A stretch of DNA of 64,000 nt. Origin: Eledone cirrhosa. Its lineage: Eukaryota. How positions within the stretch are numbered: the stretch's first letter is position 1; each line of letters starts with the position of its first letter. Shown piece by piece: positions 42,878 through 55,834 of this stretch. The notes beneath the pieces are model-generated. The model worked only from the letters and a program-made list of their open reading frames with translations. It did no database searches and was not told where the DNA came from. Both the position numbers and the translations under genes were made by a program. The DNA lies in contig OZ024753.1 of NCBI GenBank assembly GCA_964016885.1, positions 10,726,001 to 10,790,000 on the forward strand, written 5' to 3'.

Positions 42878-44049
42878 TTATACGACTTCTTTAAGCCGTC
42901 TTTCTAGTAAATATCGACTATGTAGTGTGTTTAGGGATTTATTTAGAGTCTGGAATGATGGTCGGTTGACGTGTTTTCGATTCCAACAGAGGCGCATGAG
43001 ATCATAGATCTCAAGAGGACAATTGTCAGGACATGACAATATTTTGCCATCTTTGACATATTTTACTACTTCTTCGTGTGCCATGCCATAGTAAGGTTGT
43101 AACGCGAAAGAAAATATTTCCCACAAAACCACACCAAAAGACCACACATCAGATTCAATTGTGAATTTATTGTTCAGAATTGTCTCTAAAGGCATCCACC
43201 GTATTGGAATGGCATCATGTTCACTGCCTTTATAATAATCCACGCTGTGGACATTTCTAGCAAGACCGAAATCTGATATTTTTACAGTCATATTTTCTCC
43301 TACAAGACAGTTTCTCGTTGCAAGATCTCTATGAACGTAACCTTTACAAGAAACATAAACCATTCCATTTGAGATTTGTTTTGCAAGGTATAACAGGTCA
43401 CAGTGATCAATTTTTGGCATATCTGTATCCGTTTTTTCCGCAGGCCTTCGATAGACAATGAACTGCTCTGGGCTACTAAGCCGAAGAAATTCGTTTAAGT
43501 CCCCTTTTGTCATGTATTCAAACAAGAGACACATAGGTTTACCAATGGCACACACGCCGAGAAGTTTCACAATATTTTGATGGTCAAATTCTGCCATAAG
43601 TGTAGCTTCACGTTCAAAGTCTTGCATCAAATCATCTGATGCATCATCTTTGAGCATTTTCACTGCAACTAATGTTAATTCTTCACCTTTCACTATGTTG
43701 GCAGCTTTTGCTTTAAATACACGTCCGAATGCACCTTGTCCTATATCCCTTATGTAAAGAATATCATTCCTTGGGTACTCCATCGCTTCAATTTTCGAAT
43801 TTTTCCGGCTACCTTTCATGCGATGATATGATTGATTTTGTGGTAACCTGTCCAGATCAATATCAAGATCGTCTTGGGGCGTTGATTTGTATTTTGTGCC
43901 TTGATTGCCGAAAAACACTTGATAACAGAGTATAAAAATCACAGCGAGCACCATTACCCCGAGAGACACTACAACTGTAATAATGAAAATATTCATCAGG
44001 GATAAACGTGCTGGTTTATGTCTTGAAGCTGGCGTAACATTGTTGGAAT
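42878..44049 (-). CDS. Last coding exon of a MuSK/Nrk-type receptor tyrosine kinase: extracellular stalk, TM helix, juxtamembrane region and whole kinase domain
   Basis: ORF 42878-44158 contains a TM helix ([23 protein letters not shown]), [34 protein letters not shown] and [21 protein letters not shown]...[34 protein letters not shown] closely resembles MuSK/Nrk as recalled. Acceptor ttttatctattttcag ends at 44050 (phase 1); TAA stop at 42878-42880. Confidence 0.93.
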
Positions 44050-44071
44050 CTGAAAATAGATAAAAATATTT

Positions 44072-44620
44072 CTTGATAAAAAATTGTAACAATACAACAG
44101 GAGTTATGTCAATCAGAATTAATATGACAGTAAAGAAGGTCTTGACATATACCTTCAATTAACAGTGACCTTGATAAAAATAGTAACAATACAACAGTAG
44201 TTAAGTCAATCAGAATTAATATGACAGTAAAGAAGGACTTGACATATACCTTCAATTAACAGTGACCTTGATAAAAATAGTAACAATACAACAGTAGTTA
44301 AGTCAATCAGAATTAATATGACAGTAAAGAAGGACTTGACATGTTATACCTTCAATTAACAGGGATCATAAGAGTACCTTGATAAAAATTGTAACAATAC
44401 AACAGTAGTTATGTCAATCAGAATTAATATGACAGTAAAGAAGGACTTGACATGTTATACCTTCAATTAACAGGGATCATAAGAGTACCTTGATAAAAAT
44501 TGTAACAATACAACAGTAGTTATGTCAATCAGAATTAATATGACAGTAAAGAAGGACTTGACATGTTATACCTTCAATTAACAGGGACCATAAGAGTACC
44601 TTGATAAAAATAGTAACAGC
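44072..44620. repeat. 97-111 bp intronic tandem repeat next to the kinase exon acceptor
   Basis: cttgataaaaa recurs at 44072, 44170, 44267, 44378, 44489 and 44600. Confidence 0.9.
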
Positions 44621-45150
44621 TTCAACTTATTTAACTTACAGTATTTTTCATCATCATCATCATCATCGTTTAACGTATATCTTCCACGCTAGCATGGGTT
44701 AGATGGGAATTGTCCCACCCGTATAGGACTATCTGGCAGGTTTTCTACGGCTGGATGTCCTTCCTAACACCAACCACAAATTAATACCACAGTGAAGAAG
44801 GCCTTGATATATTATAACTTCAATTAACAGTACCTTGATGAAACTAGTAACAGATTCAACTTATTTAACTTACAGTATTTTTATCAATGAGAAATAATAA
44901 AGAAAGTGCTGACATATTATATCTTCAATTAACAGAGAGTATAACAGTAAGTTGAAGAGGTAAACAAAACAGAACAATTCTCAAGTAAACCAAACAAAAG
45001 CGAGGGGGCAACTCACATTTGTAACAACTAGTTTTCAGATGTTTCTTTTAATGCTTCTGAATAATCCAATCTTTATATTTCTCAGTAATACTCAAAAGGC
45101 ATTTTTTAAATGTTGGCTGTATGCAAAACTCATTGCAATATATAAAGATC

Positions 45151-45184
<34 letters not shown>

Positions 45185-45748
45185 TGTGTGTGTGTGTGTG
45201 TGAGTGAGTGTGTGTGTGTGTGTGTGAGTGTGTGAGTGTGTGAGTGTGGGTGTGGGTGAGTGTGTGTGTGTGTGAGTGTGGGTGAGTGTGTGGGTGTGTG
45301 TATGTGTATGTTGTGTGTGTGTGTGTGTGTGTGTGTGTAAGTATAGATGTCATTGTACATGTGGATATATATGATTTGAAATTTATGTTTATACATACAA
45401 ATACGCGTATATATATATTCACTTACTACATGCTAAACATTTTGAAAGTTTCACACATTTTCACTGTACCATGAAAGTATCTTCTATTAAATGGTATCCT
45501 TTCTGGTTTTGTCAAGCATAGATTCTCAAGACTGGTGCTGAGACGGTTCCTTACATTCCCAAGTGTTCCAAATAATTACAGGCATAAATCTAAAGCTCTA
45601 TGTAAGTTTGCTTGTATCTCTGTTTGTTCCTTGTTGCAGGTACCTAAGTTTCATAGAGGCACATAGTTTCAAGGAGAAGGTGATACTCATAAAAAAACCC
45701 TTGTATATTTTTATATTGACCCCGGAAGGATGAAAGGCAAAGTTGACT

Positions 45749-45943
45749 TTGGGAGAGGTTGGGTCACTTTATTCTGTGTGTTTCCCTTTTTAAGAATTTA
45801 AGGTTTCCTTCTTCCTTTCTAAAAAAAAAAAGGTGGGTATGATGGATGCAATTCTTTCACAATTGAGTGAATTAATATATTTGTATAACTTCTAGGCATT
45901 CATAAACATAAGCCAGTCTGTGTTTGGTTGCTACTCGTAGTAT
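45749..45943. repeat. Unclassified dispersed repeat, second copy at 59123-59320
   Basis: Shared sequence gggagaagttgggtcactttattctgtg...ggttgctactcgtagtat. Confidence 0.75.
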
Positions 45944-46020
45944 CTACTCGTTCTATGAAATAAATTTAGAAAAAAAAAAGGGAGCTGAGTAGAAAAAAAA
46001 AAAATAAAACATATACTTAC

Positions 46021-46263
46021 TACATTTTGAAATATTGCAAGCTGCCCAACGAGAATTTGTGTCATTAACATAGCACCAGGGCATATCATTGTCACCTCCA
46101 GGGTTCCGGCAATAATTTGCTGAATTTTCTAATTCAGTAAATATGTCAGGGTGACGTCGATGTGAATGGGGATAGTCAACTGACCAAGATTGGCAAGTTA
46201 GGCCATTCTTAGTTACGTTGACAGTCCCATTATACCAACGTCCTTTACCAATGTAACAATCAC
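46021..46263 (-). CDS. Kringle-domain exon of the same RTK (243 bp, phase 1-1)
   Basis: Manual translation gives DCYIGKGRWYNGTVNVTKNGLTCQSWSVDYPHSHRRHPDIFTELENSANYCRNPGGDNDMPWCYVNDTNSRWAACNISKC, with six Cys and the NYCRNP and PWCY Kringle motifs. Acceptor ctcttag at 46264-5, donor gtaagt at 46020. Splices in frame (A|AT = Asn) to the exon starting at 44049. Confidence 0.93.
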
Positions 46264-46974
46264 CTAAGAGGGAGAGAGAAAAAAAAAATTTAATTTAAAA
46301 AAAAAAAAAAGGAAATAAATTAACTATTACCCCTCACTACCAGCCCGCCCCCTCAATGAATATTTGTTATTTCTTAACCTTTTAATCCAGCTACTTTCTC
46401 ATGGCTTCTTCGTCTCTTCTGAGCGATGGATTAACACAATCGCTGAAACGTCGGACAAAATGACCAGCAGTGATCAGATACGGCTTTTACATTGTGAGGC
46501 CAAACCCCGCCGTGGTCAATATGGCCTTTTGTCCTTTCAGGGTTGAGAAAATAAAAGACCAGTCACATATTTGGGTTCATTTAATCAACTATCTCCTCTT
46601 CCCATATTATTAGCCATCGGCAGTCGATCGGCTTTCATCAAATCGGACCGAGGAAACAATGTTTCCATTGGTCTTTCTAATTGCTAATACTCTCAATCGG
46701 TCGCAACTCCAGGTAGAAGGAGCAACGTGAAATAAAGTGTCTTGCTCAAGGACATAACACATCGCCCAGTCCAGGAATCGAACTCTCAATCTCACGATTG
46801 CAGACCCAGTTCTCTTACCATTCAGCCACATGCTTTCATTATTAGCCATATTGCACCTAAATTAAAACAACTATTCATGGCATGTGAGTACCACAGGAAG
46901 GTATTACCAGTTAAAGATAACTGTTCGAGATAACTGATAAAGTCACAACTGCTAAATCTGTCTAAGATGCACGC

Positions 46975-47587
46975 TATCGCTCAGTGTCCACTCAGTGTCC
47001 GTTATCACTCAGTGTCCACTCTATCGCTCAGTGTCCGTTATCACTCAGTGTCCACTCTATCGCTCAGTGTCCGTTATCACTCAGTGTCCACTCTATTGCT
47101 CAGTGTCCACTCAGTGTCCGTTATCGCTCAGTGTCCGTTATCACTCAGTGTCCACTCTATTGCTCAGTATCCGCTCTATCGCTAATGTCCACTATCACTC
47201 AGTGTCCACCCTATCGTTCAGTGTCCACTCTATCACTCAGTGTCCACTATCACTCAGTGCCCGCTCTATTGCTCAGTGTCCACTATCACTCAGTGTCCGC
47301 TCTATTGCTCAGTGTCCACTATCACTCAGTGTCCGCTCTATTGCTCAGTGTCCACTATCACTCAGTGTCCGCTCTATTGCTCAGTGTCCACTATCACTCA
47401 GTGTCCGCTCTATTGCTCAGTGTCCACTATCACTCAGTGTCCGCTCTATTGCTCAGTGTCCACTATCACTCAGTGTTTGCTCTATTGCTCAGTGTCCGCT
47501 CTATTGCTCAGTGTCCACTATCACTCAGTGTCCGCTCTATCACTCAGTGTCCGCTATCACTCAGTGTCCACTATCACTCAGTGTCCG
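46975..47587. repeat. 16-18 bp minisatellite (ctcagtgtcc core)
   Basis: Directly visible tandem units. Confidence 0.9.
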
Positions 47588-49457
47588 TACATTGTAGGTT
47601 TATGCCGAACAGCTGCTATCACTTATGAGACAAATCTGGTTATCAGCTGAGTCTGTGGTGTAAATTGAACCAACACCCTCCATTAGAAGAGAAACACGAT
47701 AATCTGTCTTATCTGACTTTGGCTTGGTTGACTATAATGAAAGAAGCTGTATTAGTAGACATGTCTCAAAAGGCTTGATGACAGATATCTTCTTCCTCAA
47801 CCAAACCTTTATTAACTTCAAGTACTGGAGAGGAAGGTAATGATATAGAAAGGGTGGCCCTGCTTTCTGGGGATGGCCTTGCCTTTTAGAGTTATTTATG
47901 AGAGTTGTGAGATTAATGAGATTAATGAGATTCCTACTTTCACTCTACGTTTACAAGCAGGAAGAAAGAAGCTGGGAGAAGGTATATTCAATAGCCATAA
48001 TGCGACAGAATAATCTGGGGTTTTGTTTAGGGATTTATTTGGAATGACTCTAAAGCAGGCATGTCAAATATGCAGCCCTTTACAAGCACACCTGCGGCTC
48101 ACACAAAGATTTTTACAGCGCGAGCATGTTTTATCTTTGTAATATAAAATGAAAAAAAAATAGTCGTCATCATCATCGTTTAACGTCCATCTTCCACGCT
48201 AGCATGGGTTAGACGGGAATTGTCCCACTTGAGGCAAGATTGGTCGGGTGACCATGTCTTGCTCGTATAGGACTGTCTGGCAGGTTTTCTACGGCTGGGT
48301 GCCCTTCCTAACACCAACCATGTTTACAGTGTGGACTGGGAGGTTTTTACCGTGTTACCTACACGGCCACATTTCAGCATTAAGTGTGTTTTTTTTTTGT
48401 CGTGACACCTACACGACCTCATTTATTTAGGACTGGGTGTTGTGATCCCAACATAACTTTACAGGGACAGAGGTGGTGTTAATGGGGGTGGGAGTAGGGG
48501 TAGTGGAATGGGGGGGGGGTATTTTTAATTAAGAGGTTATAATGTGCGCAATTAGTTGTCATGTGTGGCCCTCAGACAATACATATGTGACCCATGTGGT
48601 CCTCGGGAGACCCTCAGTTTGCTCTAAAGAGTTGAAAACCCCTATTCAGGAACTTTCGTTATAACTGTATTGTAACGCCCCCCCCCCCCCTCCATTGGGG
48701 ATTTTCATTGTTGAATTTGTTTGTTCCAATATTTTTACACGACTGTATGTAAAATTCCCCAGCATATGTCCTTGTATTGTCCCCTTTTCTTGTGCGCCCT
48801 TGTGGCAAATAAAGAAATATATATCATTAATATGTATTAGATATTCTTACTTTCCCTTTGCTGGTGGCTCCTTCCTTTTATTCGATATAAACTCTAGTTT
48901 GTCTTACTTTTCATCATTATATCCCCCACCCCACCCCCACCAACGCCTCGTGGGTGAGGGAAGGGAGGAGGGGGGGGGGGCTTTTTGACCACTGAAAGAA
49001 ATCTTTGTTCTTGTTGTTATAAACATTTAACAAGTTAATTCTGCTAACCAGATTCAATTCGAAGTAAGCATAATTTCTTTTCAGTTCACTTTGTTTATGC
49101 CCTTGAAAACTGTAAGATTATCACAAAATATATAAGATGATTTCATTTTCTTTCTGGAATAGAGATGAAATATGATATCTATGCAATGAATCAGTAGTAT
49201 CATGATGTAGACTTGATAAATGACTGAAGAGCAATAAGGGAGCCTCTTAATAATATTTGACTTGAAGTGGAAGAAGACTCCTACAAGACCCCTACAAGAC
49301 CCTACATGATTCAGCTGGCAGCTGAAATCTCTATCAAAGTTTTACAATGTAACATGATGTGTGTGTGACTGGGTGAGGAAAGTGAGAGGAGACTTGTTGG
49401 CTTTGAAAGGATGGAAGACTTAAAGCTGAGATATATATCATATCATGTCATCATTCA

Positions 49458-49500
<43 letters not shown>

Positions 49501-49503
49501 CAT

Positions 49504-49539
<36 letters not shown>

Positions 49540-49584
49540 CATCATCATTTTACGTCTGCTTTTCCCTGCTTGCAAGGGTGGGAC

Positions 49585-49634
<50 letters not shown>

Positions 49635-49803
49635 ATATATATATATATATATGTGCATGTGTGTGTAGATATATATATATATATATATATATATCATCAT
49701 CATCACCGTTTTACGTCCGTTCTTCCACGCTAGCATGGGTTAGACGGGTTGTCCTGTTGTGGGCAGTGTCTGGTTGGCTGACCTTGTCTTGCTCATACAG
49801 GAA

Positions 49804-49846
<43 letters not shown>

Positions 49847-50012
49847 TGTATATATACACACATATATATACACACACACACACATATATATACATACACA
49901 CACATATATATATACATTTGCACCCACATGAAGATAGTCATCTTGACACCACTACAGGAGGGGGGGGGTAGAGCAAGTCTTGTATTCAGGCCTACCAAAA
50001 ACAAGACTTCAT

Positions 50013-50046
<34 letters not shown>

Positions 50047-50063
50047 ATGCGCGCATGTGTGTG

Positions 50064-50124
<61 letters not shown>

Positions 50125-50505
50125 TTAAGTTCATATGTTTGTATGTATGTATATATATATGTGTGAGTGTGTGTGTGTGTGTATATGTGTGTGACTGTGT
50201 GTATATATATATATATATATGTGTGTGTATGTTTATGTATGTATGTTTGTATGTTTGTGTATATATATATATATATATGTGTGTATTTATATATGTATAT
50301 GATAAGGTGGCAGAGAGAGATTAGGAACTTGTAAAAACAAGATAGAGTTCTGGTGATGATAGTGGGGGAATGAACTTGTTAGAGGGGGGGTGACCAGACA
50401 GGAATAGGGAGGGCAAAATATTCAAGGTTAGGTTTGAAAAAAAAGGGAAAATAAATAACCCAGCCAGATAAGGGTCAAAGGATCACAAGATAAGGAAGGA
50501 GCAGC

Positions 50506-50537
<32 letters not shown>

Positions 50538-50710
50538 ATATATATCCACACACATATATATATATATGTAAGTGTGTGTGTCTTCAAGAGTGGGAGTGGA
50601 TAAGTATTTAAAAATAGATAGATAGAGACTCCTAGATTACACACACACTTATGTATGTATGTATGTATGTATGTACACGTATAGATATATACACATATAT
50701 ATACACACAC

Positions 50711-50753
<43 letters not shown>

Positions 50754-50960
50754 TATCTGTATACATATATATACATACATATGTATATACATAGATATAC
50801 ACACACACACACACACACACGTGTATACATACATATATATATATATACATACATACATACATACATATATACATACATACATATACATACACATATATAT
50901 ATATATACATACATACATATATATACATACATACATATATATGTACATAGATACATACAT

Positions 50961-50991
<31 letters not shown>

Positions 50992-51477
50992 CATACATAC
51001 ACACGTACATATATATATATATACATATATATATATACATATACATACATATATATATACGCACACATACATATACATATATATATATACATACATGCAT
51101 TCTATCTATCTTGCTTATACTAGAAAGGACAAGAGCAGCTGTATATACCATCAAATCCCTTAATTCAAGGGTTGTGAATCATTCAGAAAGTCTTTGTACA
51201 GAAGCTAGACTTGGTGACACCATTTGACCAGTTTTATTACAATATTCAAAGATAAGGGGGCAACAGTCATTTCTTATTTATTTTCCTTACTAGAAATAAA
51301 TAGCTGGATGTTCTTACTGTTGTTTGTTAACATCAGCCCCGCCCCCCTCTCCCCTTCTCAATATAATTTTGGCATCTTGTTAGTTTGACATTTTCTTCAT
51401 GCCTTTGCATATCTTTTTTGAATATATTCTTATATATATATATATATATATTCTTATATATATATATATATATATAT

Positions 51478-51716
51478 AATAGCTTTCACCGTATTTTTGA
51501 CTAAAGGAATTTTAGCCTGATAATGGGGTTTAGAACCCTCAGATAAATGGAAAAAGATGAGTATTGACGTACATGGGAGTCAATATTCTTCTTTTTCCAT
51601 TTATCTGAGGGTTCTAAACCCCATTATCAGGCTAAAATTCTTTTAGTCAAAAATACGGTGAAAGTTATTCTATTTTCTAATTTCAAACCTGTTCACTGTT
51701 TCAAAACATACTTACT

Positions 51717-51720
<4 letters not shown>
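51478..51720. mobile_element. Fold-back element with about 90 bp arms between (TA)n tracts
   Basis: 51478-51569 is the near-perfect reverse complement of 51579-51669, followed by a unique tail and then (TA)n. Confidence 0.7.
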
Positions 51721-51760
<40 letters not shown>

Positions 51761-51771
51761 TTTATATCTGT

Positions 51772-51930
51772 ATGTTTGACCATTGGTCAGTCAATGATAA
51801 ACATCGAGGACCAAATGAATTAACTGTGGAGATATAAAAGATACAGAAGCGAAAACCAACCCAACAGTGAGTGTGTTCTGTTATTATTTCTGGCAATATT
51901 ATTACAATATGACCCTCCACATGTATAACA
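51772..51930. repeat. Unclassified dispersed repeat; reverse copy at 30950-31425 is interrupted by two SINEs
   Basis: Reverse complement of acagaacacactcacagtttggttggttttcgcttctgtatc. Confidence 0.72.
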
Positions 51931-51936
51931 ATATAA

Positions 51937-51968
<32 letters not shown>

Positions 51969-52052
51969 TTATTTATTTATTTATTTTAAAAAGGGAAATA
52001 AATGACTTCACTAAATGACTAAACAATTTGATTTAATTTTATAATATTATTA

Positions 52053-52160
52053 TCCCGCCGAGGTTAACTTTGCCTTTCATCCTTATGGGGTCGATAAAAT
52101 AAAGTACCAGTAATCTACTCGGTAATTGCTGGCCTTGTGCCAAAAGTAGAAACAATTATT
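52053..52160 (+). mobile_element. 5'-truncated SINE family 1 inserted in one arm of an older inverted repeat
   Basis: Core match; flanked by attattat. Confidence 0.75.
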
Positions 52161-52416
52161 ATTTGGTCGATCTAGTAAGTTCTTTGTTAACTTTGGTAGG
52201 AAGATTTTTAAAGATTCCTGGAGAACTTTCTCGCATTCGTCAGCGGTGAAGTTAAGAAAGAACTTAATAGATCTACCAAATCATAATATAAAATTAAATT
52301 AAATTGTTTAGAACTACAAGTGAAGTCATTCTTTTCCTTTTTTTTTAAATATACCTAACTGTACCAAGGATTTCACACATTTTCCAATATATATGTGTGT
52401 GCTCTTTGTATATATA

Positions 52417-52993
52417 CAGGGTGTGGACGATATTTGTTCGCAATTTTCAACTGCTAATTTTATGCAAATTTGTTTACTTCCGTTGTCACTCTTGTCTTCA
52501 TAAAAACAGTGACTATATTTCCATTATTTATTTTCAGAATAATTGATTATGAATAATTTTGAACCTCCAAATTTGTGGAAGAGACACAGAGTTCTTCTTG
52601 GAATCTGCGCCGGGAGGACAAATAAGGACCAGAAGATCAACTCCCAGAACAACAGGTGGCTTTCTGTCTCATCCAAAGACATGCCCAGAGTCATGCAGAC
52701 AAAGTTTCCAGCGACAACATTGGTCTTAGGTGTCGTCAGCAGTCAAGATGACGTCATGCCACCTCACTTCTTCCCTGAGGGCCTCAAGCTGAACACCAAT
52801 GGCTACATCCGCGTTCTGAGCGAGGTAGTAAAGCCCTGGATTGATCAGGTAGCTGCAGGTAGGCTGTACGTGTGGCAGCAAGACTCAGCGCCCTGCCATA
52901 CCAGCTGAAAGACCCAAGCCTGGCTGTCAGAGAACTTCGTCGACCACACTTCACCTGACATCTGGCCTCCCAGCTCGCCTGACTGCAACCCCC
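52417..52993 (+). mobile_element. Tc1/mariner (maT/DD37D-like) transposon remnant
   Basis: TA-CAGGGTGT terminus. Reads NSQNNRW...PPHFFPEGLKLN...VKPW...WQQDSAPCH*...WPPSSPDCNP. Confidence 0.8.
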
Positions 52994-53126
52994 TTTGCAG
53001 TGGAATGATAGGGACCCCAGTCCCTATCATCTCATTTCTACAGCTGAGTGAACTGGAGCAATGTGAAATAAAGTGTCTTGCTCAAGGAAACAAGACATCA
53101 CCCGGTCTGAGAATATATATATATAT

Positions 53127-53475
53127 GGAGGCACATGGCTTAGTGGTTAGAGCATTGGGCTTGCAATCGAAAGGTTGTGAGTTCAATTCTCAGACCGGGT
53201 GATGTGTTGTTTCCTTGAGCAAGACACTTTATTTCACATTGCTCCAGTTTACTCAGCTGTAGAAATGTGATGATCGCGACTGGGGTCCCTATCATTCCAC
53301 TGCAAAGTGGTCGTGGAGGTGCCACGGCAAAAAAGCACCCAGCACTCACTGTAAATGAGGTTGGTGTTAGGAAGGGCATCCAGCTGTAGAAATCAAGCCA
53401 GAATCAAATCCCGTCCCACCCTTGCAAGCAGGGAAAAGCGGACGTAAAATGATGATGATGATGATGATGATGATG
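53127..53475 (+). mobile_element. tRNA-derived SINE family 2, full length, with (ATG)n tail; inverted partial copy at 52994-53113
   Basis: A box tggcttagtggt, B box gagttcaattc, core ccttgagcaagacactt, tail ggaagggcatccagc...cggacgtaaaatgatg. Further fragments on the minus strand at 44650-44775, 46720-46832, 48165-48360 and 49540-49805. Confidence 0.8.
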
Positions 53476-53536
53476 ATATATATATGAGTGTGTGTGTGTG
53501 TGTTTATTGACAATATGACCCTCCCAAAGTATAACA

Positions 53537-53567
<31 letters not shown>

Positions 53568-54254
53568 TAAAGAAGTTAAATGGGAATAATGAACCAGTAA
53601 CAAACTTTTACCAAACATTTTTGGTAAGTCTTTAAATATTCATTTTGCAGGAGTGCGGTGGAGAAGTTTACCACGTGAAAGTTGGTGATGACGCCAAAAA
53701 ATGTTGAGAACCCCTGTACTAGATTATCGTTTCCTTCACAAGAAATCTTCATCTTGTCTTTCCACTGAATCTAGAGATTAATAAGGAAACTGACTAGATA
53801 AATCTTGTCATTATTTTTCCAAACAATACAATGAAATTAATACGAAATAAAAAGATGCTAGGAAAATGTAATTGTACAGATTCCTCTACAGATTTCCACA
53901 AATAGATAAATAAATATCATCAATTCAAAACAAATTAATCCCGTAATTTTGGGGGATTATTAAAGTCAGTTTTAGTATACTATTTATAATGAATATTTTT
54001 ATTTATTCTTTATTTTAGATCTGTGACACACCCCCATTTTAATTACCTGGTATCAATAAGTGATCAATGGTTGTTGTTATAAACAAAAGCCTTTAATTAA
54101 ATAAAATGTGATTTTTATAAAGTTATCGAGAAATACCATTCATACAATCAAGATAAATATCAATCTATGATAATATATTTTTGTTAGGCTTCAAAATATT
54201 TGATGCCTATTAGAGAGTCATGGCATGAACTACATAGCTTTTAAAATAAATCTT

Positions 54255-54772
54255 TGAGCAGCACTGTAATAGACATTTAAAATATTACCCATTGAGCAGT
54301 ACTGTAATAGAAAGTTAAACTATTTCCCTTTAAGCAGTACTGTAATAGAAAGTTAAACTATTTCCCTTTAAGCAGTACTGTAATAGAAAGTTAAACTATT
54401 TCCCTTTAAGCAGTACTGTAATAGAAAGTTAAACTATTTCCCTTTAAGCAGTACTGTAATAGAAAGTTAAACTATTTCCCTTTAAGCAGTACTGTAATAG
54501 AAAGTTAAACTATTTCCATTTAAGCAGTACTGTAATAGAAAGTTAAACTATTTCCCTTTGAACAGTACCTTAATAGATATTTACAATATTACCCCTTCAG
54601 CAGTACTGTAATAGATACTTAAAATATTACCCCTTTAGCACTAGTGTAATGGAAATTAAAACTTTAAACTATTAATGCACACCTCAAAGGAGTAGTACCT
54701 TAATAGAGATTTAAAATATTACCCCTTGAGCAATACTGTAATAGAAATTTAAAATATTACTCTTTGAGCAGT
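54255..54772. repeat. 38-bp minisatellite, resuming at 55600-55680 after the LINE insertion
   Basis: Unit agcagtactgtaatagaaagttaaactatttcccttta. Confidence 0.9.
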
Positions 54773-55600
54773 TGTGTTATATGGTATTGACTGTGTTAAT
54801 TGGACAACAAAGTCACTTCAGAAGCTCTCTACATTCCAGAACCACATCATGAGACTTATGACTGGCAAGCGGCTCAGCGACTGTATGTGTATCAGTGAGC
54901 TGCTCAACATTACCAGACTTAGACCAATTACCTTAATTGTCAAGTCAAGAGTACTCAAACTATACGGTCATATAAAAAGATCAACTCATGGTGTGAGTAG
55001 GTTATGCCTGGAAGGAAGGCTGGTTGATAAAAGAAGTAGAGGCTGACAGCCAAAACGATGGCTTGATAATGTCAACTTATAGACTGGACTTGATCTTTGC
55101 TCTTTAAACTCTGCTGTTGGTGATCGAAAGGTATTATATATTCATGGAAGGAAGGTTGGCTGGTAAGAGAAGCAGAGGTCGGCAGCCAAAACGATGGCTT
55201 GATAATGTCAACTTATAGACTGGACTTGATCTTTGCTCTTTAAACTCTGCTGTTGGGGATCGAAAGGTATTATATATTCATGGAAGGAAGGTTGGCTGGT
55301 AAGAGAAGCAGAGGTCGGCAGCCAAAACTATGGCTTGATAATGTCAACCTATGGACTGGACTTGATCTTTGCTCTTTAAACTCTGCAGTTGGTGATCGAA
55401 AGGTATTATATATTCATGGAAGGAAGGTTGGCTGGTAAGAGAAGCAGAGGCCGGCAGCCAAAACTATGGCTTGATAATGTCAACCTATGGACTGGACTTG
55501 ATCTTTGCTCTTTAAACTCTGCAGTTGGTGATCGAACTTTGTGGAGAAAAATATCTCATGTTGATGCTCAGTCTGCAACTGGCAGAGTTTAGCGCCAAAG
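54773..55600 (+). mobile_element. RTE-type LINE 3' fragment with an internal 136-bp tandem repeat (4 copies)
   Basis: RVLKLYGHIKR...EGRLAGKRSRGRQPKRWLDNV..WTG...DRTLWR. Repeat phase at 55010, 55146, 55282 and 55418. Confidence 0.8.
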
Positions 55601-55834
55601 TTTAGCAGTACTGTAATAGAGATTTACAAAATTACCTCTTGAGCAGTACCTGAATGGAGATTAAAAATATTCCTGTTACTACAGCCAAGTAATTAATTAA
55701 TGTTTTACATATTTGTTTTCAATTATAATCATAAAGTAGTTGAGAATATAAACATCAATCTTGAATCTAATATATCACAAGAATTCCATATTTCTTGGTC
55801 AGCATCAATTATACTTTTATTTGTCAGGTAAATG

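Noticed and set aside
44050-44158. Hydrophobic signal-peptide-like N-terminus of the kinase ORF
   Set aside because: It lies upstream of a good splice acceptor, inside an intronic tandem repeat, and has no ATG start.
46967-47650. Cys-rich repetitive ORFs
   Set aside because: They are translations of a minisatellite that is open in all three frames.
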